64,000 bases of DNA from Hormiphora californensis (Eukaryota; Animalia; Ctenophora): contig CM035362.1 of the NCBI GenBank assembly GCA_020137815.1, positions 1,302,001 to 1,366,000 of the forward strand. The letters are read 5' to 3'. Below the pieces are notes generated by a model, which worked only from the letters and a program-made list of their open reading frames with translations, made no database searches and had not been told where the DNA came from. This document shows, piece by piece, positions 1 to 11,936 of this stretch. The first letter of the stretch is position 1. Each line of letters begins with the position of its first letter. A program made the translations under genes and the position numbers.

Positions 1-1386
1 GCATAAAAATTCAATTGAAAGAATATGTCCGACTATTTATGTTCTCAGAGGTATAGCAGGTATGTTATGTTTACATAATTTATGACGTGTGTTTATGTAG
101 TATTAATCTAGATCGAATAGAGTCCCCAAAGGATTGAAATCAAATATCATTTTCGCTGACTAATTCGATGACAAAAGCAACTTCTTTTGGGGAATGGCCC
201 ATTCACCCAAAAGAAGTTGCTTTTGCCATTACTAATGGGTATGTTAAAGTGATGGAATATCAAAATAACCCTATAGGGTCATAACGAGACTCATTGTATG
301 TGGAGCTTGATTATAATCTGGGTGCCTTGCAGCCTGTTTATAGGTGCACGCTAGCAAAAAAAGTTATACAATTTTATTTTCTAGACCGACTTTTTTTTCA
401 AACAGCGATTATAGCCACGCAACCACATGGACAATTTGAGTAAACTAAAGAGTATACGATAGCTAATCGATAGCACTAACCGACAACCCCAAACAAAACC
501 CTAACCAGACCCTAACGGGTAGCCCTTGAGCCCTAACCGTCAAAATCGATGAATATTAGCAATGGAAGGCACTCAGATTTTAATTTTGCCCTTGCATGTG
601 GGATTTCATGCCACGTAGAAAGTGCCATGTGTCACGTGACCAATATGGTGTGTAGTATCATGTGTACAGTCGGACCCCGATTTAGTGGCCCCCGATTTAG
701 TGGCACCCCGATTTAGTGGCAGGATTTTTTTCCCCAAAACTTTTTTTGAATTTTTTTTGTGAAATTTTTTTGAAAATTTTTGAAAATGTTTCAAAGGAAT
801 ACCAGCCACGTCCGAATCGTGTTTCGAATCAGTGAATCTTATCGCATGTCCTGCTGCTAATTAGCCGGTTCGGAACGAACCGATACGTGATCCCCATGGG
901 GCCATTGAATCATAAGTTCACCAAGCGTCAAAATTTCGATTCGATGGGGATCACGTTTCGATTCGTTCTGAACCGTCTAATTAGCAGCAGGACATGCGAT
1001 AAGATGCACCGATTCGAAACACGATTCGGACGTGCCTGGTATACCTTTAAAAAATTTAAAACTTTTTTTGCAAAATTTTACAGTACGATTGTCAATGCTT
1101 TGATCGGTGCTCCCCATAAATTTTGAGAGAAAAATTTATTTTGAAATTTTGATACTTCCTCACCCGCTTACGGTGCCCCGATTCGGCATGGTATCACGTA
1201 TCGGTTCGTTTCGAACCCGCTAATTAGACAGGACATCCAGTAAGCTGCACCGATTCGAAACACAAATTGGACGGGCTGGTATAACTTAGAAAATTTTTCA
1301 CAATTTTTTTGAAAAAGTTATTCTATAGTTTTCTATTTCTAATCAGAAATGATCATGTCATCATCAATACATGAATATTGCATATA

Positions 1387-1679
1387 CAGTCGGACCCCGA
1401 TTTAAAGTCCGTTTCAAGCGACTTGACCCGTAATTCTTGGAATTTGGCGCATCGCGCGTGTATTTACAAAGGGGAAATCCTGAATTTCCAGGAATCTCAG
1501 GTCAAGTCGTTTGAAACGCACTTTAGGGACACCCTCGGGGGAAAGGCTCTTGTCCACTAAATCGGGGTGTCCACTAAATCGGGGTCAAATAAGGTTAATT
1601 TCCTTTATCGGGGGAAAAAAATCCTGTCCCTAAATCGGGGTGCCACTAAATCGGGGGCCCCTAAATCGGGGTCCGACTG
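1387..1679. mobile_element. Short CAGTCGGACCCC-family MITE nested in the outer copy
   Basis: TA-flanked TIRs; matches the reverse complement of the uninterrupted copy at 27554-27724 once 1405-1523 is removed. Confidence 0.85.
1405..1523. mobile_element. 119-bp MITE with AAGT...ACTT ends and TA duplication
   Basis: Interrupts the host MITE at gattTAggg; near-identical copy at ~50996-51113. Confidence 0.85.
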
Positions 1680-2044
1680 TAACAGTTAGAGGTGTCTTTA
1701 GTCTTAGTATAGCATTTTGGGCATAAAATATGTTTTTATGGGCCAAATATGGCTCACCTCGATTTAGTGGCACCCCGATTTAGTGGCAGGATTTCTTTCC
1801 CCCGAGGATGCCACTAAATCGGGGTCCGACTGTACTGGCTTACCAATGAAGTTCCTCTGCAGCCCACGACAGAAGTTGAAACGTTTGGCCCTGTTGGGCA
1901 GGTCGAGCTACCTTAAATTCATCATATAAATAATTTAGTATCGCTGGCCTGGGGAAGGGGGTTTGAGACTAAGAGACTAGAGAGAGAGATAGCAATCGAT
2001 TAACTGGCATCATATGATATCTCAAATGTTCCACTACTTCTTAC

Positions 2045-2250
2045 CCTTCGGAGATATATTTTTCCCTGTGCCCAAGAAGTGGAACAGTATGCTTGGGGTT
2101 CTTTTCTAGAAACTCGGGTGTCAGGTGTTCGTTCTGGAGGATGTTGATTTCAATGTAGGTAAATGGAATACGGTGTTCCTTCAGGAAGATCAGGACAGGT
2201 CGGCAGGGGGCCACAACACAGGATCCGTATAACGTTAAATCATCAGGCAT
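2045..2250 (-). CDS. Glutathione S-transferase (theta/delta-like), first coding exon; remainder not resolved
   Basis: MPDDLTLYGSCVVAPCRPVLIFLKEHRIPF...EHLTPEFLEKNPKHTVPLL...ISE matches the GST N-domain; GTAAGA donor at 2044. Confidence 0.8.
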
Positions 2251-2727
2251 CAGCCTGCTAGTAGTTTGTTTGTGATTGCTGCGTCTGGAGGATGACCTGC
2301 CCAAAAGTGGTAGAGGCCGTACCGAACACGCTTATAAGGCGCCCCAGCACGTCCACCACTCCAACGTAGCACGGCCACCCACCAATCAGTTTATGCAGAG
2401 CATGTTACTTCAGACGCTCCAGGAAGACCGTGGTCAACCACTGGCGACACCGAGCGGTGAGAGCCGCACAGCGTCGACAAGGGTATCACACTGACTACTC
2501 CTGGCCTAAATCAAAAAGGTTTGTTTTGAATTGCTAAAAAAAGCAGTAATGTCTCGACATGATTAGTCAAATTATTTTTTAAGATTTGAAAATTCTTTTT
2601 CAATTGCAGTTCACCGGGAGCCGTTACGATCTTTACCCTGCCTAAAATGGGTCTAACCGCTAAACCACACAACCATATTGCCATTGGCTAATCAAAAGTT
2701 TATCTGATAGGAAATGTCATCCCCTTT

Positions 2728-3003
2728 GGGCGGGATCACACCGAGATCTTTGAAGCAATTTAATTTCTTTGAAGCACCGATCACAATCACACCGAGTTGG
2801 TTGAGTTGGTGTGCACGTATGAACTATGAACATGTCTACAATGCGTGTGTCGTCCACGCTCAGCTGTTCTCTCTAAAGTGTGTCACAGATATTGCCAGAA
2901 ATACACACAGAGTTCGCACGCAAACACCAACTCAACCAACCCGGTGTGATTGTGATCGGTACCTCGAAGAAACTGCGTCGAAGATCTCGGTGTGATCCCG
3001 CCC
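2728..3003. mobile_element. MITE with TIR GGGCGGGATCACACCGAGATCT
   Basis: 22-bp perfect terminal inverted repeat; no clear TSD. Confidence 0.65.
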
Positions 3004-3351
3004 TGTCCCTAACCCTAACCCAAACCACAGCCTTGATCTTTACCCTACTTTTATAGCCCTAACTCTAAAAAACGCTGACACTCAAGACACCCAGATTTTA
3101 ACGCTTTCCCAGTTCACCGCCTCGTTTTCGCAAAGTTTATTTCTATTTTCTGGGATATCTCTAGTTCCTGCTGAGAAAGGGAAACTTTTAAGTTTTAACG
3201 GATGGCGAACTCGCATTCGCTTACTGTAAAAATTGAAAAAAACAGTTAAAAAAACAGTTAAAAAAAGACAGTTTCAACTTGGCCGCAGCTCAGTCCAGTC
3301 CCCCCCCCCCCCCGCGGCGCACAATTGATCGCCGCACAATTGATTGAACTA

Positions 3352-3809
3352 AAGGTCCCCCCAAACTAAAGGTCCTCCCAAACTACTATGTCCCTTGCTG
3401 CGCGCGACCGGATTTTAGACAGCCATAGCTCCACCCCCTGATGAGATAGAGACTTGAAATTTGTTTTGTGAGGAGATCATGTCGAGTTCTTCCTACAAAA
3501 CAAATTTCAAGTCTCTATCTCATCAGGGAGTGGAATTATGACCGTGGGAAATTTCACAAAACCCGAGTGAGGGACATAGTAGTTTGGGGAGTACTTTACT
3601 ATGTCCCTTGCTGCGCGCGACCGGATTTTAGACAGCCATAGCTCCACCCCCTGATAAGATAGAGACTTGAAATTTGTTTTGTGAGGAGATCATGTCGAGT
3701 TCTTCCTACAAAACAAATTTCAAGTCTCTATCTCATCAGGGAGTGGAGTTATGACCGTGGGAAATTTTACAAAACCCGAGTGAGGGACATAGTAGTTTGG
3801 GGTGTACTT
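3352..3809. mobile_element. Palindromic MITE carrying a copy of itself (3369-3596) in its left TIR
   Basis: Outer AAGGTCCCCCCAAAC-TA is interrupted by a complete copy and resumes TA-CTATGTCCC; both copies end GTACTT|TA. Confidence 0.75.
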
Positions 3810-4084
3810 TAATCGCCGGGGCTAAATTATTTTTTATACGCTGCCAAATTTGCATTTGAAAAGCCGCGCCGCGCTGCGTCCGGTAAAAAAAAGGTTGTTG
3901 CGCCATGCTGGCAAACTTTAAAATTTTTTCTTAAAATTTTAGGCAAAGTTAAAATCTGGGTTAAAAACCGCTGCCTTATCCCGCGCTATCGGGGGCCAGC
4001 GGCGTTTGCCAAAAATCTGGGTGCTTGGCCTGTGCTCTGTGGTTGAAAAGCGCTACCTTATCCCGCACCAGCAGCGTTTACCAA

Positions 4085-4830
4085 GGCCTGCGGCCAGCGT
4101 TAAAATCTGGGTGTCCGGTGACAAACGGTTTTTAGGGTTGGTGTTTGGGTTGGGAATTTCCTACCAGATAAAATGTGAGTTAGCCAAAACGGTTGAATGG
4201 TTTGGCGGTTAGAGCCATTTTAGTTAATCAACTTTTTTTCGAAGCACGCACCTGTAAACAGGCCACCAAAAACCCAGATCGTAACGGCGCCCTGGGTGCT
4301 TTCCAACTTCCAAGTTCCGCTGCTATCAATTCATCGATTTTGGCGGTCGAGGCGGGTTAGGGCTGCCCAATGGGGTCTGGTTAGGGTTTTGTTTGGGGTT
4401 AGCGCTATCGATTACGGATTATCTATCAGATACCATTTAGTTTATATACTGTTTAGTTCCAGCATCGAGGTCCTTTTACGTCAACCTGAATTTATATCAG
4501 TCCTGGGTCTTTTTCCCCTTTTAGCATCATCATTCCTGGGTCTTTTTTTTCTCTAATTCTGTAATCTTGTAATCTTGTAATCTTTACTCAAATTGGCCAT
4601 GTGATTGCGTAGCTATCGCCGTTTGAAAAAAGTGAAAATAAAAGTGTACTTTTTTTGCTAGCGTGTACCTGTAAACAGGCACCCAGATTATAATCGCACC
4701 CATCTGGTTGCCTCTATGTACTAACAATATATCAATGTTGGGCGGGCGACACGGGTTAGGGCTGCCCATTATGGACTGGTTATGGCTATGTTTGGGGTTG
4801 TCGGTCAGTACTATGAATTATCTGTTGATA
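4085..4830. repeat. Dispersed repeat family with GGTTAGGG-like tracts and GTAAACAGG/ACCCAGAT motifs
   Basis: Related pieces at ~300-560 (inverted), 2610-2710, 3005-3105, 36940-37040, 37860-37990 and 54060-54410. Confidence 0.6.
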
Positions 4831-4895
4831 ATGATATTAGATATACATTACCGATTATCCTCCACGCCTCTCGTTTGATGAAATTAGATTGAATC

Positions 4896-5144
4896 ATGGA
4901 GCAAAGAGAAAACAGTATGTTACGACAAAGATATCTGAAGATTATGATGAAACTACAAGGTCAAAGTTGCCAGCTCCGGTGCCATGAACGTACAAAGCTC
5001 TCTGGGATTTATCAGACGATCGCTCCCACATCAGACTTTATCATTCTGTCGGATGTTAAAACTCCAACGGAGGTTGTTCCTTCATGCGCTGTGAGGCAGA
5101 GTGATGTTATTTGTATGTCTGTAGAAACTCCCAAAAGCCTTTGA
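4896..5144 (+). CDS. GEMIN7: Gem-associated protein 7 (Sm-like fold), intronless
   Basis: LRQRYLK...CHERTKLSG...LSDVKTP...VRQSDVI resembles Gemin7 LRERYL...LHE...SQLQTP...LRCSDII. Confidence 0.8.
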   Translation: MEQRENSMLRQRYLKIMMKLQGQSCQLRCHERTKLSGIYQTIAPTSDFIILSDVKTPTEVVPSCAVRQSDVICMSVETPKSL

Positions 5145-5205
5145 AATCGTTTTGTTTTTCGTGTTTTCTCTACATTTTCTACCACCTCACTATTATACTA
5201 ATAGC

Positions 5206-6329
5206 ATGGCTCCTCCGATAAAAGTGCTGAGCCTCAACATGTGGGGTATCCCCGTGATGAGCAGGAAGATCAGAGAACGAACCAACCATCTTGTGGCGCA
5301 TCTCCTTGATTCTGATTACACAGTTGTCGGCCTACAGGAGGTGTTTGCAAGTTGGCACGCTAAACTAATCCAGGAGAAGGTCCAGGTAAGATGACTTGAG
5401 ATATTATTATATATATACCGCGAGTGCACATATCACTCCCGCTCCGCGCGACCATTTGCACGGTGAAATATGCACTCTGCTTCCGCGGGAGCGTGCAGAT
5501 ATAGGGGTAGCGGGATATAATTAAGAAAAGTGTTCTCGCAGTGTTTTTACACCTTTATCACACACAAACACACAGAATATGACTGGCAAGGTACTACACG
5601 ACACGCAGTCTGCCATTTTACACTCACTCTCCCTCTTTCTCTTTCTAATTATCCCCTTATCACGTTTTGTTGTTTGCTATTTCCAAGAATTCCAATCTCC
5701 CTCTCTCGTACCTCTCTCTTTATCTCTCTCTTCTTTTCACTGTTAAAACTGTCAAAACTTGGTCCCCTTGTGTGTAAAAGGTGTAGTAGTGTATTTTTGT
5801 GTAGTTTTGCTTAGTTTGTACCTTGTTTTCTCACATCTCTCTGTGTGTAATCACCCAAAATTATGATTGTTTTGCTTGTCATGTGTTTTCTCGCGGAATA
5901 TATACTCAATAACGTCCTGCACGGCATGTGCAAGCGTTCCTATATCGCACTCGTTACACTCGTGCAATATAGGTATGAAATGCACTCCAGCTGCGCTGTC
6001 GTGCATTTCACCTCCATATACGCTCTGCAGTGCAGAGCGTATATGGCGCGCTTGCACTGCGTGCAGAACGTTATGTACTATATATGTATTAAGCCAAAAA
6101 CTAATTGAAATTAGTTGGCGGGAAAGGTGACCCACTTACACCTTTTGCTACTGCCGGGTATCACCACGAACTCTCATTCTATCCCTCGGTATCTCAATCT
6201 CCTATTTTTCGAGGGTAACTTATTCCTGTTCGTTCTATCCCTCTCTCTCCTCCCTGTCTCCCTGTCTCTCTCTCTCTCGCTCTCTCTCATTCTCTCTCTC
6301 GCTCTCTCTCATTCTCTCTCTCGCTCTCT

Positions 6330-6413
<84 letters not shown>

Positions 6414-7428
6414 ATCACACCCTCATTCACTGTCTTATTCCATTATATTCACCTCTTATATCCCTGATCCCGGCAGCAGGCAAAGGTGTAAGTGGGTCAC
6501 CTTTCCCGCCAACTAATTTCAATTAGTTTTTGGCTTAATTTAGGTCCCTTTTTGGTTTCTAATCGCAGCATGACATTATTTCATGATGTAATATTGTCGA
6601 AATGATGCGTTATATGAGAAACGAGACGAATTTCTGTGAAAATCGTATTTTAGACATCATAATGACGTCATTTGACGTAATTAGTGACGTCGTAACGACG
6701 TAATTGCATCACGATATATTTTTAATCAATACCCCAAAGGAGCTTGTAAAGTTTCATTGACCACAGTGGTCAGGAAAGGGAGTTTTTGCTCGAAAAACGT
6801 TCAATTTGCTGAATTTTTCGTCAAATTTTTGAGTTCCGACGCGATTTAAGGGCTCAAAATGATAAGCTACGAAAATTCGCTATATAGTATCTGAAAGTTC
6901 AGACGATTTGCCGGTAACGATTTTTTGTCAAATCAGAAATCGGAACACGTCTTTAGGGTGCTAGAGGCGTTTGAAAAAAGTTAGTCGGTCTCGCGCAATG
7001 ACGTCACTCGTGACGTCATTGCGCGCGTCATAGGTAAGATGGAGAGTCGCCACCCAAATGGGTACATGCACGAGACAATTATCTGTCGAATGCCACTTGG
7101 TTTAAGGTCGTACGATGTCTGGTTCGTCTCAAACTGGGACCAAACGGAAGGTAACAAAGCGTCTATACATGTATATATGTATGTATTAAGCCAAAAACTA
7201 ATTGAATTAGTTAGCGGGAAAGGTGGCCCACTTACACCTTTTGCTGCTGCCGGGTATCACCACGAACTCTAATTCTCTCCCTCGGTATCTCAATCTCATA
7301 TTTTTCGAGGGTAACTTATTCATGTTCGTTCTATCCCTCTCTCCTCCCTGTCTCTCTCGCTCTCTGGCTCTATTTGTCTGTCTCTATCTGTCTGTCTGTC
7401 TCTCTCTCTCTGTCTCTCTCTCTCTCTG

Positions 7429-7481
<53 letters not shown>

Positions 7482-8485
7482 ATCAAACTCTCTTTCACTG
7501 CCTTATTCCATTATATTCACCTCAGCTCATTATATCCCTTATCCCGGCAGCAGGCAAAGGTGTAAGTGGGCCACCTTTCCCGCTAACTAATTCAATTAGT
7601 TTTTGGCTTAATTTAGGTCCCTTTTTGGTTTCCAATCGCAGCGTGACATTATTTCATGATGTAATATTGTCGAAATGATGCGTTATATATGAGAAACGAG
7701 ACGAATTTCTGTGAAAATCGTATTTTAGACGTCATTATGACGTCATTTGACGTAATTAGTGACGTCGTAACGACGTAATTGTATCACGATATATTTTGAA
7801 TCAATACCTCAAAGGAGCTTGTAAAGTTTTATTGACCAAAGTGGTCAGGAAAGGGAGTTTTTGCTCGAAATACATTCAATTTACAGAATTTTTCGTCAAA
7901 TTTTTGACTTCCGAGGCGATTGAAGGGCTCAAAATGATGAGCTATGAAAATTCGCAATATAGTATCTGAAAGTTGAGACAATTTGCCGGTAACGATTTTT
8001 CGTCAAATCAGAAATCGGAACACGTCTTCAGGGTGCTAGAGGCGTTTGAAAAAAGTTAGTCGGTCTCGCGCAATGACGTCACTCATGACGTCATTGCGCG
8101 CGTCATAGGTAAGATGGAGAGTCGCCACCCAAATGGGTACATGCACGAGACAATTATCTGTCGAATGCCGCTTGGTTTAAGGTCGTACGATGTCTGGTTC
8201 ATCTCAAACTGGGACCAAACGGAAGGTAACAAAGCGTCTATACATCTATGTATGTATGTATATATGTATTAAGCCAAAAACTAATTGAAATTAGTTGGCG
8301 GGAAAGGTGACCCACTTACACCTTTTGCTACTGCCGTGTATCACCACGAACTCTCATTCTATCCCTCGGTATCTCAATAGTCAATATCTTATTTTTCGAG
8401 GGTAACTTATTCCTGTTCGTTCTATCCCTCTCTCTCCTCCCTGTCTCCCTGTCCCTGTCGCTCTCTCTCGTTCTCTCTCTCTCGT

Positions 8486-8534
<49 letters not shown>

Positions 8535-11500
8535 ATCACACTCTCTTTCACTGTCTTATTCCATCATATTCACCTCTTATATCCCTGATCCCGGCAGCAG
8601 GCAAAGGTGTAAGTGGGTCACCTTTCCCGCCAACTAATTTCAATTAGTTTTTGGCTTAATTTAGGTCCCTTTTTGGTTTCTAATCGCAGCATGACCTTAT
8701 TTCATGATGTAATATTGTCGAAATGATGCGGTATATGATAAACGAGACGAATTTCTGTGAAAATCGGTTTTTAGACGTCATAATGACGTCATTTGACGTA
8801 ATTAGTGACGTCGTAACGACGTAATTGCATCACGATATAATTTTAATCAATACCCCAATGGAGCTTGTAAAGTTTCATTGACCACAGTGGTCAGGAAAGG
8901 GAGTTTTTGCTCGAAAAACGTTCAATTTGCTGAGTTTTTCGTCAAATTTTTGACTTCCGACGCAATTTAAGGGCTCAAAATGATAAGCTACGAAAATTCG
9001 ATATATAGTATCTGAAAGTTCAGACAATTTGCCGGTAACGATTTTTCGTCAAATCAGAAATCGGAACACGTCTTTAGGGTGCTAGAGGCGTTTGAAAAAA
9101 GTTAGTCGGTCTCGCGCAATGACGTCACTCGTGACGTCATTGCGCGCGTCATAGGTAAGATGGAGAGTCGCCACCCAGATGGGTACATGCACGAGACAAT
9201 TATCTGTCGAATGCCGCTTGGTTCAAGGTCGTACGATGTCTGGTTCGTCTCAAACTGGGACCAAACGGAAGGTAACAAAGCGTCTATACATCTATCTATC
9301 TATCTATGTATGTATCAACCTAGTTATCCCCACACTGAATTTTCTGTTTTGGGGGTGGTGTTATAACTTTTGAACAAAAAGAGCTAGCCACTTGAAATTT
9401 TTACCATCGATAGAGGTCTACAAGAAGCTTCTAAGTACAAAATTTCAGCTTCCTAGCTCTTCCGGTTCGGGAGTTATGGCATGTCAAAAAGTGCCAAAAT
9501 GGGCTAAAAGTATGAAATAACTATATATACGCTGTGAGCAAGCGGGCCGTTTTTGGGGAAATTTTTTTTCGGGGGATGGATGGGGTCACCTTTGCGCTTG
9601 CCAGCGCAGTGATATATCAACCTAGTTATCCCCACACTGAATTTTCTGTTTTGGGGGTGGTGTTATAACTTTTGAACAAAAAGAGCTAGCCACTTGAAAT
9701 TTTTACCATCGATAGATTTCAACAAGAAGCTTCTAAGTACAAAATTTCAGCTTCCTAGCTCTTCCGGTTCCGGAGTTATGGCGTGTCAAAAAGTGCCAAA
9801 ATGGGCCAAAAGTATGAAATAAGTATATTATATACGCTGTGAGCAAGCGGGCCGTTTTTGGGGGGATTTTTTTCGGGGGATGGATGGGGCCACCTTTGCG
9901 CTTGCCAGCGCAGTGATATATCAACCTAGTTATCCCCACACTGAATTTTCTGTTTTGGGGGTGGTGTTATAACTTTTGAACAAAAAGAGCTAGCCACTTG
10001 AAATTTTTACCATCGATAGAGGTTTACAAGAAGCTTCTAAGTACAAAATTTCAGCTTCCTAGCTCTTCCGGTTCGGGAGTTATGGCATGTCAAAAAGTGC
10101 CAAAATGGGCTAAAAGTATGAAATAACTATATATACGCTGTGAGCAAGCGGGCCGATTTTGGGGGAATTTTTTTTCGGGGGATGGATGGGGTCACCTTTG
10201 CGCTTGCCAGCGCAGTGATATATTATGTAAAATATGACAAATTTCAATACAAGTGATCCTGTGTTACAGTCGATATTTGGTCACTCTCACTGGTTTCGCA
10301 GTGGAATATCTGGAAGCCCTGGTCTGCTAGTTTTGTCTCGGTATCCCATCATTGAGATTGCTTTCAGTCCTTTTCCTCTGAATGGATATCCACAGAGAAT
10401 CACACACGGAGATTGGTGGGCAGGTAAACACACTCTCTTCCTTCTCTTATTTCCCCATGAATTCCTTCTTTCGTAGTTTTTATTACTCTCTCTCCGTCTC
10501 TCTGTTTAGGTAAAGGTGTTGGACTCTGCCGGATCGACCATCCCTTAACAACTTTGGATGTGTATATTACCCACATACACGCCAACTATACACATGTTGG
10601 ATACGACATGTACACTGGTCACAGGTAACTTCAATATGGTTCATTTTTTTCCCGTTATGATACATTTTACGTTATTTGTGAATGTAAGTTTTGATTCTTC
10701 TTACAGTGTTTCTAACTCCCAGGATTAGTCAGATGAGAGGAATGGGACAGTTTGTGACACAGAGCCCCCCTCAAAATGCAATTCTCGCCCTGGGAGATTT
10801 CAATTGCATGGAGGATGAAGTAGCAACGGAGATATTCTTGCAAACTTCCGGACTTTCTGATAGGTTATAATAATATTAATGATTTTATTAGTATAACACC
10901 TTATTCGTTAGATAATATATATAAATTGGCCTAATTTTGTCCTCAGTATATAATACGATGTCCCTCCCCTTAGTTACCGGGAGGTTCATCCCGACGCTAT
11001 AAACGACCGAGGATATACCAACGATGTAGCCGGTAAGATTTATCATCTTTATTTATACACGGCTAGCCGAGATACGTTAAAATAATACGTTTCTCTGGAT
11101 CCTTTCAAAGTCCGTTTGTGAAATTATTTTCCCTTCAGAGTGTCTGTGGAAGAGTGATAAGAGTGCTGACACTTCAAAACGGATCGACTACATTTTCTAC
11201 AACAAATCTAAGCTAACATGCACTAACTCTGTTGTAACACTGGGCAAAATTCCTGGAGAGAATTATTCCTACTCCGATCATATGGGTGTTGTTAGTACCT
11301 TCCAGATTAACGAAACTGGAGATTTGGCAGTTCCAAGAAGGTCTCCTTTGGTTAAAAGTACAGTTGAGGAAGCTTTGCTTTGTGTTGAGATGAGTCTCTC
11401 TCAAGCACTCCTAGATGTAAAACACAAGGTTGTATTGTGGTTTATTATCATGTTATTGTGGTGTGGGGTGGTTGGGGCAGGAGTGATGCAAGTGGTTAGT

Positions 11501-11647
11501 GGGGCGACTGCTTTAGTAATTGGTAGTGGTATTGCAGCAACCGCGTCGGCAGTGTTTTGGTATTTGGTGATTTTTACTCGAATGGAAATTCATAAGCTCA
11601 GACAGGTAAAATCTGAGTTTGAAATCCTTGCCAAGTATTCGAGATAA
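5206..11647 (+). CDS. SMPD2: Neutral sphingomyelinase 1 (SMPD2/ISC1 family), 6 exons
   Basis: Exons ~5206-5385, 10270-10423, 10510-10624, 10723-10863, 10974-11032, 11139-11647; motifs LSLNMWG, GLQEV, HGDWWAGKG, THIHA, GDFN, RIDY, YSDH; two C-terminal TM helices. Confidence 0.92.
5410..6084. mobile_element. Non-autonomous element with paired short inverted repeats (Crypton-like architecture)
   Basis: TATATACCGC/GCGGGATATA/GCGGAATATA and ATAACGTCCTGCACG...CGTGCAGAACGTTAT; a similar layout occurs at ~25204-25869; family assignment is inference. Confidence 0.4.
6088..9295. repeat. Three tandem ~1.1-kb units, each with a ~70-bp-arm inverted repeat around a (TC)n tract
   Basis: Units start ATTAAGCCAAAAACTAATTG at 6088, 7185 and 8268 and end AAAGCGTCTATACAT. 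Confidence 0.9.
9314..10221. repeat. Three tandem ~303-bp units
   Basis: ATCAACCTAGTTATCCCCAC at 9314, 9616 and 9920; each unit ends in a GCGCTTGCCAGCGC hairpin. Confidence 0.9.
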
Positions 11648-11936
11648 GTGTGATGAAAAGAGTAGTAAAATATTTAACTTTTTGAACTAAATTGTACTGC
11701 AAATAAATAAAATCTAAGCCGGTGTTATATACCGACGGTTTATCGAATTATAGCTTCTATTTTGGGTTACAGAGGTTTTTGGATTTGTATAAATTTATAT
11801 GATTGATCAGTGACCTGTATTTTTGTGTGATAATTTATCATGTTTCTGTATGTCTAAACATTCTTGTTTTCATCGAAGATCTCCCATTATTCTCCCTTTT
11901 TACCCCTCCCCCAACACTCTAACCCCGTACCAGGAA

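Larger units (their letters stand above)
667..1832. mobile_element. Tc1/mariner/pogo-type MITE (TIR CAGTCGGACCCCGATTTAG, TA TSD), outer element of a nest
   Basis: TA|CAGTCGGACCCCGATTTAGTGG at 665-690 and CCACTAAATCGGGGTCCGACTG|TA ending 1832; internal ~100-bp inverted repeats at ~806-900 and ~943-1040. Confidence 0.7.

Noticed and set aside
1844-1890. Second GST exon
   Set aside because: Splice-like signals exist, but the in-phase translation is not convincingly GST-like; left unresolved
11823-11936. N-terminal extension of WDR83 in the ORF track
   Set aside because: Non-ATG start over a pyrimidine tract and acceptor; homology begins at ATG 11937
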